Origin: an uncultured Gammaproteobacteria bacterium
GTDB lineage: Bacteria; Pseudomonadota; Gammaproteobacteria; Steroidobacterales; Steroidobacteraceae
Length of the DNA: 64,000 nt
NCBI GenBank assembly: GCA_963695315.1
Contig: OY968773.1
Span: 3,924,963-3,988,962, forward strand
Direction of reading: 5' to 3'
In this document: positions 43,958 through 54,159 of the stretch, piece by piece
How the letters are laid out: every line of letters starts with the position of its first letter
Position numbering within the stretch: the stretch's first letter is position 1
The notes under the pieces: generated by a model
Seen by the model: the letters and a program-made list of their open reading frames with translations, nothing else
Told to the model about the DNA's origin: nothing
Database searches by the model: none
Position numbers and translations under genes: made by a program

Positions 43958-46282
43958 ATGCTGCGTTCATTCTGCACATTGCTCCTTATCGTCGCGACCA
44001 GCGGCATCGTGGGAGCTGCGCTTGCAGCTCCGCCCGCGACCTCGCCTTACATGACCGATGCTCAAAGCACCTACGTGCAGGATGCCACCTCGCAGAGCAT
44101 CGGAACCGTCAACATGATTACCTGCATCATGACTTCGATGCGCCCGGATGCTCTCGTGAATCAGGGGCCCTACATCGCGCTCGTGGATCAGAACACCTGT
44201 AATGCTGCCAAGAACAGTGGCGTTACCTCCGGCACCAGCGCGAGTGCGGCGCAAGCGCCGAATTACATGACCGCAGTGGTAAATTCGAAGCGAGCATCCA
44301 ATTCCGACCCTATGCTTGTGCAGGCATGGATCTCAGTCAAGCAGAGCCCGCCGGAGACTGTATTTGCACATATCAGCGTCTCCGCGGCCGCATCGCCGAC
44401 CGATCCATACGGCACATTTCGACTCGACTATTGTGGCTTGGCGCCGGGCAATGACAGCTGTCAGATGAACGGCTTCCTGCAAGGGGGCAATGGCGCGCTG
44501 AGTTACTACGAGGCGGACGACAATGGCGGGGGCCAGAGTCAGACCACGGCGCTGCAGCTATCCAGCGTGGGCACTACGAGCGGAAGTGGCAGTGTGGCCG
44601 CGCAGCAATCCGGCAACGGCAACGGCAACTCCTCATCGGCTTTCAACTTCGCATATGACCAGCAGGATTACCTGCGCAGCGACTCTCAGGGCAACAGCGA
44701 ATGCTTCAGTCGCGATGCTGCCGATCCCGATGCGGGACTCTCGGCAATGCAATACGGGCTTTATGACTCGGTAACCGGGGAGCGCATCGAGCTTAACTCC
44801 GGCTTTCCATTCCAATACACCACTGGCGGCAGCACCTATCAGGGTTTCGTGGGCTATTACGGCCTGTCAACGCCGGCCGGAGCTCCGCTGCCCGCCAATG
44901 GCGCGTCCGTCCAGAAAATCAACTATTCAAACGGGTCTGCCAGTACGGCGACCTACACCGCCGTTACATACGGCGGGCGGTTGATACGTTACACGAAGCA
45001 GACTCGTTCGCTGCAGAGCATCAATCTTCTGCCGTTCGATGTCTTCGTTGGAGCTGTCAATACTTTCGGATTGCCCGACGCAAATACGCAGTACGTGATG
45101 TATTGGAACGACGCAACCGCAAAATTCATCGCAACTGCCGAGCTGCAGTGCAACCAGAATGGCTGCCAGACGAGCAATCTGCCTCAGCCTCTGTCGCTCG
45201 ACCCGTCGCTGTGGGCAAGCGTGGGCGGGGTGCTCCAGGGGTTCTCCCAATCGCTGGGCGGAAATCTGTCGATCGACCTCAATGGCATAAGTGGGCCCGT
45301 TAATTCGGCTGCGATCACGGTCGTTTATGACGAGCAGGACCTGGTGTACCCGAACGATCCCAGTTTGCCGACGACACTGTACTGCGCAAGCAACTGCCCG
45401 ACCGCGGCGTCCCTACAGGCGTATTTCACGCAGGGGCAGGGCGGCCAAGTCGCATCGCCGTACGTCGCAGCGACATACAACAGTTTTCAGCCCTTACCAC
45501 CGAGTGGCCTCGTCCAATACAGTGCCAGCGGTGCTGTACTCACCGATGGCAACAGCCAGGCCGTCATCGACACTAATGCCAATGACTATCAGCCGTATCC
45601 GCAGTATCAGAACGGCGTGATGAGCGGAGTGCTGTTTACCAGCCTGAGTGATGCAGTGTGTCCGGACGGCGCCAATCCACCCGATTATTGCGCCAATCAG
45701 GCGAGCTTCGCGGACGTCTATTATGTCTGGCAGACGGGTCCGAGCGCCTACAATCAGTTTGCCGCGGTTAAGGACGCGAGCGGCAACTTTGTGCAGTTCG
45801 ATGCACCGCTAAATGTTAGCTACAGTGTCCCAGCCACCGGAGCGGCGTACGGTAGCTATGCAGGCACGTCGTTGATCCTGCAATACGGCGGCTTTGGCGA
45901 TCTTTTTGGCATACCGAACATCTGCGTATCGCAGGTAACAAACCTGCTGGATAACTGCACCGATCCGAATGCGCTCAACGTGGCGCAGTTCATCATCCCC
46001 TATGCGCCGGACGCTAATCCCCAGCAGGGCGTGGTCACGGGCACGGACCCCAGTAATCTAACGACTACGTACCTGGTCAAGTGGCTGCAGTTACAGATCC
46101 GCCTGGCAAACAAGGGCCTGAGCGTGTGTGCGAACGATAACCTCAAGGTGCCAACAAATATCGTGTTGCCGACCGCGGCCGGCCTCCAGAATCCGAGCGA
46201 CAGCAGCTCAAGTGTTTATCTGGGCATAGAGCCCGTTGTTACGGCTGCGCCACGCGTAATCCAGGGCGTGGTCGAATACTGA
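43958..46282 (+). CDS. Large secreted Cys-paired, Gln/Asn/Ser/Tyr-rich protein of unknown function (774 aa)
   Basis: GGGAGA lies 7 nt upstream of ATG 43958. Signal peptide MLRSFCTLLLIVATSGIVGAALA. Uninterrupted 2.3-kb ORF with closely spaced Cys pairs (DYCGLAPGNDSC, LQCNQNGC, LYCASNC, VCPDGANPPDYC, ICVSQVTNLLDNC). No catalytic motif was recognised. Confidence 0.7.
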   Translation: MLRSFCTLLLIVATSGIVGAALAAPPATSPYMTDAQSTYVQDATSQSIGTVNMITCIMTSMRPDALVNQGPYIALVDQNTCNAAKNSGVTSGTSASAAQAPNYMTAVVNSKRASNSDPMLVQAWISVKQSPPETVFAHISVSAAASPTDPYGTFRLDYCGLAPGNDSCQMNGFLQGGNGALSYYEADDNGGGQSQTTALQLSSVGTTSGSGSVAAQQSGNGNGNSSSAFNFAYDQQDYLRSDSQGNSECFSRDAADPDAGLSAMQYGLYDSVTGERIELNSGFPFQYTTGGSTYQGFVGYYGLSTPAGAPLPANGASVQKINYSNGSASTATYTAVTYGGRLIRYTKQTRSLQSINLLPFDVFVGAVNTFGLPDANTQYVMYWNDATAKFIATAELQCNQNGCQTSNLPQPLSLDPSLWASVGGVLQGFSQSLGGNLSIDLNGISGPVNSAAITVVYDEQDLVYPNDPSLPTTLYCASNCPTAASLQAYFTQGQGGQVASPYVAATYNSFQPLPPSGLVQYSASGAVLTDGNSQAVIDTNANDYQPYPQYQNGVMSGVLFTSLSDAVCPDGANPPDYCANQASFADVYYVWQTGPSAYNQFAAVKDASGNFVQFDAPLNVSYSVPATGAAYGSYAGTSLILQYGGFGDLFGIPNICVSQVTNLLDNCTDPNALNVAQFIIPYAPDANPQQGVVTGTDPSNLTTTYLVKWLQLQIRLANKGLSVCANDNLKVPTNIVLPTAAGLQNPSDSSSSVYLGIEPVVTAAPRVIQGVVEY

Positions 46283-46378
46283 ACCGCGGCGGTTGGAATT
46301 GCAGCGCGTAACGCAGTCGCACCGGTACGAGTGTGAATGGATTTTCGCGTACAAGCGGGTGAATGAGCGACTCGCTGG

Positions 46379-46768
46379 TCAGCGACCCGTAAAGGTTGAT
46401 ATCCACCAGATGTTGCCGAGGCCATCCTTCACGCCGGCGGAGCGCTCCTGATAGGGCTTGTCAGCGGGAGCTGCGACCGATTCGGCGCCGTTCTCAAGAG
46501 CCCTCTGATACGCTGCATCGACGTCCGGAACGTAGACGTAGATCGAACCGCGGGTCGCGCTCGCATGCGGCGGGTCAGAGACTTCCAGTACGATCATGGA
46601 GTCTCCGATTTGGGCCTCAATGTGGAATGAGCTCTCACGTACTTGTTCCCGCTCAAGCTCAACTGCGCCAAACGCCTCCTTGACCAGAGTCGCAAGTGAT
46701 AGCGGACCATAAACATACGGTCTGACAGAGCTCTTGCCGTGCCGGACGTGCTTTAGCGACATGATCAT
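46379..46768 (-). CDS. VOC/glyoxalase family protein
   Basis: IYVYVPDVDAAYQRALENGAESVAAPADKPYQERSAGVKDGLGNIWWIS parallels the 32102..32506 protein. Confidence 0.65.
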   Translation of the reverse strand: MIMSLKHVRHGKSSVRPYVYGPLSLATLVKEAFGAVELEREQVRESSFHIEAQIGDSMIVLEVSDPPHASATRGSIYVYVPDVDAAYQRALENGAESVAAPADKPYQERSAGVKDGLGNIWWISTFTGR

Positions 46769-46792
46769 CCCGCCTCGCGCGCAGCTTTGCGC

Positions 46793-48036
46793 TTATTCGG
46801 CCGCGACGGGCCCCTTCAGGTAACGATCGCGCAGTTCAGTTTGGCGCGAGCGCATCTTTATCGCATGCCCGGCAATCCAGACCTGCGTGGCGGTGGTTGT
46901 CACCTCAAGGGGATCGCCGTCCCATAGCACGAGGTCCGCCATTTGTCCGGGCGCAATATTGCCGTGTGAGCCCAATCCGAATATCTCGGCGGGATTCTTC
47001 GTAATGGCAGCCAGTGCCGCGTCCCAGGATAGACCATGAGCTACGGCATTGCCCGCAAGCTGGCGAATGGTCCGTGCGTTGTGGCTGTCGCCGCTCGAGA
47101 AGGCGATGAGCACACCGGCGCGTTGCAGTTGCGCGGCATTGTCGAGGCGTGAACCGAGTCGGTCGAAGTCGTACGGAAGATCTTGCAAAGTATTCAGGAT
47201 CACCGGCACGTGGGCCCTCGCAAGTTCTTTCGCAACACGCCACGCCTCATTCCCACCGGAGATGATCGGTTTCATGCCTTGCTTATGCGCGAACGCAATG
47301 ACCTCAAGGATGTCTGGCGCGCGCTGAACTTCGAACACCACGCGTCCGCCCGCAAGGTAGCGCGAGAGCACCGTTCGCCCAGCGGGATGCAACAAGGCCT
47401 GTTCCCCCACCGGACCTTGCGAGTGGGCCTCGCGAATCGCCTGCTCAAGGAGCATGTACTGCGCCGCGCGACTGCCGCCGGAGAACTCCTTGCCTGCGCT
47501 TCCGAGCTGTACGAACAACGTGCCGCTGTCGGGTAGCACCGCATCTTCGCGCCCGTCGAGGGTAACCGCTGCGCCTTGACCGGCGATGATGGTGTCGCCG
47601 GGGACGGGTGCAAGCACGGTCCAGGTCAACCCCTCGATGCGCGCAACCGGCACCAAAGTCGATTGAGGATCGTACGCCAGCGTGATGTCGAATTCAGGAC
47701 GCCACTGCTGCTCATGGTCGGGTGCTTCGAGTTTGAGGCGGTCGTCGACCGTGGAGGGCTCGCCATTGATTTCGTCCACACCGATTTGAGATAGACCGGC
47801 GAAGATTCCTGGCGTCAGCGGCCGCCCATGCGCATCTATGCGCGTGACATCAGGGGATGTCTTGAGCTTCTGGCCAAGCGCCGCGATCTTGCCATCCCGG
47901 ATGAGTACATCCGTCTTGTCCATCAATCCGTGCGAAACGGTGTATACCTTGGCGTCCCTGATGAGAATTTCCTGCGGGTACGCCGCGGTGACGACCGTTG
48001 TCGCGACGACAATTGTAGCCGCGAAGCAAGAGATCT

Positions 48037-48040
<4 letters not shown>
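46793..48040 (-). CDS. Periplasmic amidohydrolase-superfamily protein lacking the HxH metal motif
   Basis: Signal peptide. VLIRDGKIAALGQ...IDAHGRPLTPGIFAGLSQIGV aligns with ...IDAQGRWVSPGIIDIHSHLGV of the upstream paralogue. C-terminal GNIAPGQMADLVLWDGDPLE. Its ATG overlaps the upstream stop (ATGA). Confidence 0.8.
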
Positions 48041-49530
<1,490 letters not shown>

Positions 49531-49751
49531 GCTTTTTTCTCCCTTAGTTTGCGACTAGGGTATCCGCCGATCACGGCGATTAAAAGGCGAGGTCACTGTC
49601 GGCAGTCGCCGCCTAGACGCGGCTTATCGATTCCTTGTCGGACCAGAGGAGTGCGAAGAACCCAGAATCCCTTGAGTTGCTTTAGAAACATGCAGCGGGG
49701 TGGGCCATTCAACAGCAATGTCGTGAAGCGGCTGCCCTGCTTCTCACCGTC

Positions 49752-50315
49752 TCAACCAGCGGGCCAGAGCGCCGAAGCTGCGTTGAGCAGAGCGTGGAAT
49801 AGGGCCGCGGGGACGAGGCTGCCGCTCATGCGCCGTAATTCGCCGGCGATCAGGCCTAATAGGACTGCACTAGCGGCAACCACGGCACCGGAATCCAAAT
49901 GAATGAGCCCGAAAAGTGCGGCAACGAAAACTACCGGGAAATGGATCGCCCAGAGGGCAGCCACCGGCGGAGCGACACGCGCTATCGTGGTTTGTAACAG
50001 GCCACGAAAGATCAGCTCTTCTTGGACCGGAGCTGCAAGAACGAAATAGACGAAAACCATCCACGGGCGCAGCTTTGAAACATCGATTGGAGACGGAGCC
50101 GGATAAAGGGCAGCGAGATAGGCAAGTGCAGCACCAACTAGAACGCCCGCTACCGCCGCAACTAGAATATACGATGGCGAACACTGCACTACCCCGAATT
50201 CGGCGATGCCGCCTGCGCCGCGTGACAGGATCGCGATGATCAGTGCCGCTAGGCCGGCTGAAACGACAATGATGACGGGAACGACAATTTGAATGCTCGG
50301 GCGAAGCCACACCAC
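49752..50315 (-). CDS. CPBP (CAAX protease / Abi) family intramembrane protease. It probably extends upstream to ATG 50435 but for an in-frame TGA.
   Basis: Motifs VQEELIFRGLL, FGLIH and FHALLN in a polytopic membrane protein. See the finding on 50316..50438. Confidence 0.7.
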   Translation of the reverse strand: MVWLRPSIQIVVPVIIVVSAGLAALIIAILSRGAGGIAEFGVVQCSPSYILVAAVAGVLVGAALAYLAALYPAPSPIDVSKLRPWMVFVYFVLAAPVQEELIFRGLLQTTIARVAPPVAALWAIHFPVVFVAALFGLIHLDSGAVVAASAVLLGLIAGELRRMSGSLVPAALFHALLNAASALWPAG

Positions 50316-50435
50316 TACCGAGAAGGCAGGCGCATAGACTGCCGCGAACCAAATCAGAGCAAGACCCGCGCCCTTGAAAGTTGAGAGAATGGAGCTAGTG
50401 GCGCCGATGACGAACTCCCATAGTCAGCGGAACAT

Positions 50436-51674
50436 CTAGAGCGTAGTAGCCGAACGGGCCACCAAGACGGCATTCGTGCCGCCGAACGCGAAGGAGTTTG
50501 ACATGAGGGTGTTGGTTTTCACGCCATAGCGAGCGCGGTTCGGGACATAGTCAAGGTCACAATCATCAGCAGCGACTTCCAAATGCATGGTCGGCAATAG
50601 AACATCGTGCTGCGTTGCAAGCAAGGAAAGCACCAGTTCAAGCGCACCACTTGCCCCGAGGAGGTGACCATGTATCGCCTTTGTGGCACTGATTGGAATG
50701 CGGTACGCGTCCTCGCCGAAGACCTCCTTGATCGCCGCGGTCTCTACCTTGTCGTTGGCTTGGGTTCCCGTCCCGTGCGCGTTGATGGTATCAATCGATT
50801 GAGGAGCACACGCGGCGGAATTTAGTGCCGCCCGCATCGCGGCGGCCTGGCCGGCAACGGTGGGCATGGTAATGTGCGACACATCCGTAACCACTCCGTA
50901 GCCGATCAGTTCCCCATGGATGGTTGCGCGGCGTTTGATGGCGCGCTCCCAGTCTTCTAACACGACGATCGCCGCGCCCTCACCCAGAACCATGCCACTT
51001 CGGTTCCTGGAGAAGGGCTTACAGGAGATCGACGCATCGGTCGGATCTTCGCTAGCAAGCGTATGCATGGCTTCCCAGGCTTTAAGCGCGCCGAAGGATA
51101 AGGGCGCCTCTGCGCCGCCCGCTATCGCAACGTCGAGAGCACCATTGCGCAGCCGTAGCCACGCTTCGCCTATCGACACCGCCGAGGACGAACAAGCTGT
51201 GGAGTAGGTCAAATTCGGTCCCGTCACGCCACACTCGATTCCGATCCAGGCGGCCGCAGCATTCGTCATGCCCATCAAAATCGTAAACGGTTTTATGCGG
51301 TCGGATTGTTCGGCGTAGAGCGTCTGATATCCGTCATCAGTAGTTTGCGAGCCGCCCATGCCCGTTCCGAAAAAAATCCCCACGCGCTGTGGATCGACCT
51401 GCGCAATATCGAAGCGCGCATCGCTGATAGCCTGCCGTGCGGCCACGATGGCGATTTGACTGACGCGATCGAGCATGCGCAGCTTGGGAGGGGCGAAGTG
51501 GTCCTCGCCTCTGAATTTCACGCAGGCTGCAAGCGGTGATACGAGTCGCTTACACCACGGCTCGTTAATTCGACAAATGGCGGAGTGTCCGGCGGCAGCG
51601 TTAGCGAACGATTCTGCAGCGCTGCCTCCAAGCGGTGAGATCACGCCGATGCCCGTGACCGCAACCCGTCTCAT
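50436..51674 (-). CDS. Beta-ketoacyl-ACP synthase (KAS I/II type)
   Basis: MRRVAVTGIGVISPLG, active-site Cys TYSTACSSS, His residues NAHGTGT and KAIHGHLLGASG, and C-terminal NSFAFGGTNAVL. Confidence 0.9.
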   Translation of the reverse strand: MRRVAVTGIGVISPLGGSAAESFANAAAGHSAICRINEPWCKRLVSPLAACVKFRGEDHFAPPKLRMLDRVSQIAIVAARQAISDARFDIAQVDPQRVGIFFGTGMGGSQTTDDGYQTLYAEQSDRIKPFTILMGMTNAAAAWIGIECGVTGPNLTYSTACSSSAVSIGEAWLRLRNGALDVAIAGGAEAPLSFGALKAWEAMHTLASEDPTDASISCKPFSRNRSGMVLGEGAAIVVLEDWERAIKRRATIHGELIGYGVVTDVSHITMPTVAGQAAAMRAALNSAACAPQSIDTINAHGTGTQANDKVETAAIKEVFGEDAYRIPISATKAIHGHLLGASGALELVLSLLATQHDVLLPTMHLEVAADDCDLDYVPNRARYGVKTNTLMSNSFAFGGTNAVLVARSATTL

Positions 51675-51967
51675 GCAGGCCCATGAGGTGAAGCAGGTGG
51701 CGCGCTGCCTGCAGTTGCTGGCGCTCCAGTAAGGTGCTGTGCGGCAAGCAGGCCATCGATATAGGCGACTGCATCGCCCACGGTTGGCAGCGCAACTGGA
51801 TCGTACGGCAATTGAACTTTGAATTCGTCTTCAATAAAGAATAGCAATTCGAGCATGCCGAGCGAATCAATGCCGAGTTCCCCGAGCGGTCCGTTGAGGG
51901 TGAGTCGCGCCGGATCTATCTTGTAATTCTTCACCAGAATTTTTGATAGCCGTTCAAGCGTTGTCAT
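51671..51967 (-). CDS. Acyl carrier protein
   Basis: LGELGIDSLGMLELLFFIEDEF (phosphopantetheine Ser in DSL). The stop overlaps the KAS ATG (ATGA). Confidence 0.85.
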   Translation of the reverse strand: MTTLERLSKILVKNYKIDPARLTLNGPLGELGIDSLGMLELLFFIEDEFKVQLPYDPVALPTVGDAVAYIDGLLAAQHLTGAPATAGSAPPASPHGPA

Positions 51968-51970
51968 AGA

Positions 51971-53263
51971 TCATGCTCCCAAACGAGTCTTGGCGACGCG
52001 ATGCGGAGGTTGAGCGAGCGTCGATGCGAGCAATGCGATCGCCGCTGGATTCGACATCCGGCGTATCTTGCCGCTCCAGCGTGCGCTGTGCGTAAGTAAT
52101 CCGGGCGCCCGGCGCAGCAGCGCTAACACGCTTGCGGTGACAGCGGGACGCATCGCCGCCTGCGCGAATAGGGCGGCAATCCGCATGCGTGGCCGGAATT
52201 GGGCGCGCCATTGAGCTGCATAGCGCGCCTGAATGGCCCGCTGGCACTCTTGGCCGTCGGGGCCGCGCCGCAGCACCTCGCGACTGCGAGCAAGCTGCTC
52301 GCATAACAAAAATGCCGACTGTATTGCCATGCTTATGCCTTCCCCGATAATGGGATGCGCCTCACCGGCTGCGTTGCCGATCAGGAACACGTCCGGGCGC
52401 CTGCGCGGCAGCCGTATACCAGGGCGAATCGGCCCGGCGGCCAGCCATGGCCCGATGCGCGCCGCGCGGCTCAAAGCATCCTGCACCGCCGCACACTCGC
52501 GCCGCAAATACGCCTCTACGACGGCGCCAGCCTGTTCCCCAGGCAATGCTCGCCGGCAGGCATTGAGCCGATCCTCGCGAATGCAGCATGCGACAGTGGT
52601 CGCGCCATGATCGGCAACGACCATGCCGCCGTAACCGCCGCGAAACGACAACACCGGCAGCAGCCCCTTATCCAGGTGCACGTTGCTGAAGTTTGCCTTG
52701 AAAGCTAGCAGATCACTGGCGCGCCGCTGGGCGCGCAGACGTGCCCGATCCGCCGGTAACGGCTGCCACGATCCATAGGCAGCGATCGCAACCGGTGCGC
52801 GCAGTGTTACAGCCGCGTCTCTGCCGTCCAAGACTACGCTACAGCGAAAGTTGCCGGGCTCCCCGCTAAGGGATTTTGCGGCACACGGTTGCAGCACGCA
52901 GGCTTTGACCTCTTTGGCCCGCTGTAGCAACAGCAGGTCCAAGTGTTCGCGCCCAAGCGCCCGTCCCCAAGGGTGCGTCGCATCCTCGCAGGCGGGCAAT
53001 GCCGCGCTTAGCGACTGCACGCCGCATAACAGCGCCACGCGCCGCAGCTCCGGTCCCGCTATCGCAGCGAACGCATCGCCAATGCCAAGCTGGTCTAGAA
53101 GCGGCAGATTACTGGCCGCGATGCATTCGCCGCACACCTTGCGGCGCGGAAAGCACTGCTTCTCGATCAGGGCGACTGACCAGCCCGCCTGCGCGAGCAG
53201 GATGGCGGCGGTCGAGCCCGCAGGGCCAGCGCCGATAATGATGGCGTCGAATTCAGTTTGCAT
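51971..53263 (-). CDS. FAD-dependent oxidoreductase/monooxygenase (geranylgeranyl-reductase-like fold)
   Basis: N-terminal dinucleotide fold FDAIIIGAGPAGSTAAILLAQAGWSVALIEK, and a later GNAAGEAHPIIGEGISMA segment. Confidence 0.8.
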   Translation of the reverse strand: MQTEFDAIIIGAGPAGSTAAILLAQAGWSVALIEKQCFPRRKVCGECIAASNLPLLDQLGIGDAFAAIAGPELRRVALLCGVQSLSAALPACEDATHPWGRALGREHLDLLLLQRAKEVKACVLQPCAAKSLSGEPGNFRCSVVLDGRDAAVTLRAPVAIAAYGSWQPLPADRARLRAQRRASDLLAFKANFSNVHLDKGLLPVLSFRGGYGGMVVADHGATTVACCIREDRLNACRRALPGEQAGAVVEAYLRRECAAVQDALSRAARIGPWLAAGPIRPGIRLPRRRPDVFLIGNAAGEAHPIIGEGISMAIQSAFLLCEQLARSREVLRRGPDGQECQRAIQARYAAQWRAQFRPRMRIAALFAQAAMRPAVTASVLALLRRAPGLLTHSARWSGKIRRMSNPAAIALLASTLAQPPHRVAKTRLGA

Positions 53264-53271
53264 CCGTTGAC

Positions 53272-54159
53272 TCAGCCGCCGGCGGCGCGTCTGGTGGCGC
53301 TAAAAAAGTGACTGAAGAGACCCGCCGGACGCTCTTGCAATTGCCACTCGTCGGCGTTCCCCTGCCAAGCGGCCGAGAGTTCCGCGTCGCGGAAGCCAGC
53401 GTGTACGCTCAGTACGGCATCCTCGCGTGTGACTTTATTCGCACCTAACGCGCCGATCAGATGACTGCCAATGAGAGATACAGGAGTGCGCCTCGGCTCG
53501 GAGGCGACAAACATATTGCTGCGAGCGGCGATCGCGGACAATAACCTCGCGAGCAGCGGGCCGTCGAAGTGGTGCAGGAAGAGATTCGTCACGATTACGT
53601 CCCAGCGCGGCGGAAGGTGAGATGGCAGAGGTGCTGCGGCCCAGTCGAGCACATCTATGCTCAGCGTGTGCACCGACCACCCGAGGCGTGCGAACGCTGC
53701 GCTCGTGTCCGCGGTGACGAGCGCCAAGCGATCGAGTAACGTCAAGTGTACTGCGGGCCAGGCTGCCGACAACTCTTGCGCAATACGCAACATCAGACTG
53801 CCATCGCCGGCACCGAGCTCGAGCACACGTAGCGGTACATCGCCCAAGCGGCGTGCAGTTGCCGGCTGCATCCCCCGGACCATCGTGCGACGCGTGCCCA
53901 AAAAGCGGTTGACCCGCTGCAGATCACGGCGCGAGCGAACTGCGCGCGGGTCGCTCACCGGGAGAACGTCGAGAGTCTCCGGCGACACTGTTCTTGCAAA
54001 TGTCAAACCTGATCCTTTGACGAGACGCAAGTCGTGCCTATGCTGCTCGACATCAAGCGACCTCGAGCAGCGCGCCGTGACAACTGAAGCCTGCGCCAAA
54101 TGAGGACAGCCACCACCATCCGCCGGGGGCTCCGTCGGCCAGGGCGGCTTGCAGGACAA
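53272..54159 (-). CDS. Class I SAM-dependent methyltransferase; start uncertain
   Basis: Motif I VLELGAGDGSL and a post-I acidic LTLLD. ATG 54159 overlaps the PKS gene by 107 nt. An in-frame TTG at 54099 is an alternative start. Confidence 0.7.
   Translation of the reverse strand: MSCKPPWPTEPPADGGGCPHLAQASVVTARCSRSLDVEQHRHDLRLVKGSGLTFARTVSPETLDVLPVSDPRAVRSRRDLQRVNRFLGTRRTMVRGMQPATARRLGDVPLRVLELGAGDGSLMLRIAQELSAAWPAVHLTLLDRLALVTADTSAAFARLGWSVHTLSIDVLDWAAAPLPSHLPPRWDVIVTNLFLHHFDGPLLARLLSAIAARSNMFVASEPRRTPVSLIGSHLIGALGANKVTREDAVLSVHAGFRDAELSAAWQGNADEWQLQERPAGLFSHFFSATRRAAGG

Noticed and set aside
44612-44629. (GGCAAC)3 in-frame hexanucleotide repeat as a contingency locus.
   Set aside because: There are only three units and the repeat is in frame, so slippage would add or remove Gly-Asn without switching expression.
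53272-54159. The 107-nt overlap between the type III PKS and methyltransferase genes as a functional overlapping-gene arrangement.
   Set aside because: It is more likely an over-extended ORF call. An in-frame TTG at 54099 shortens the overlap to 47 nt, and the N-terminal 20-35 residues are Pro/Gly/Cys-rich and not protein-like. The true start cannot be fixed without homologues.
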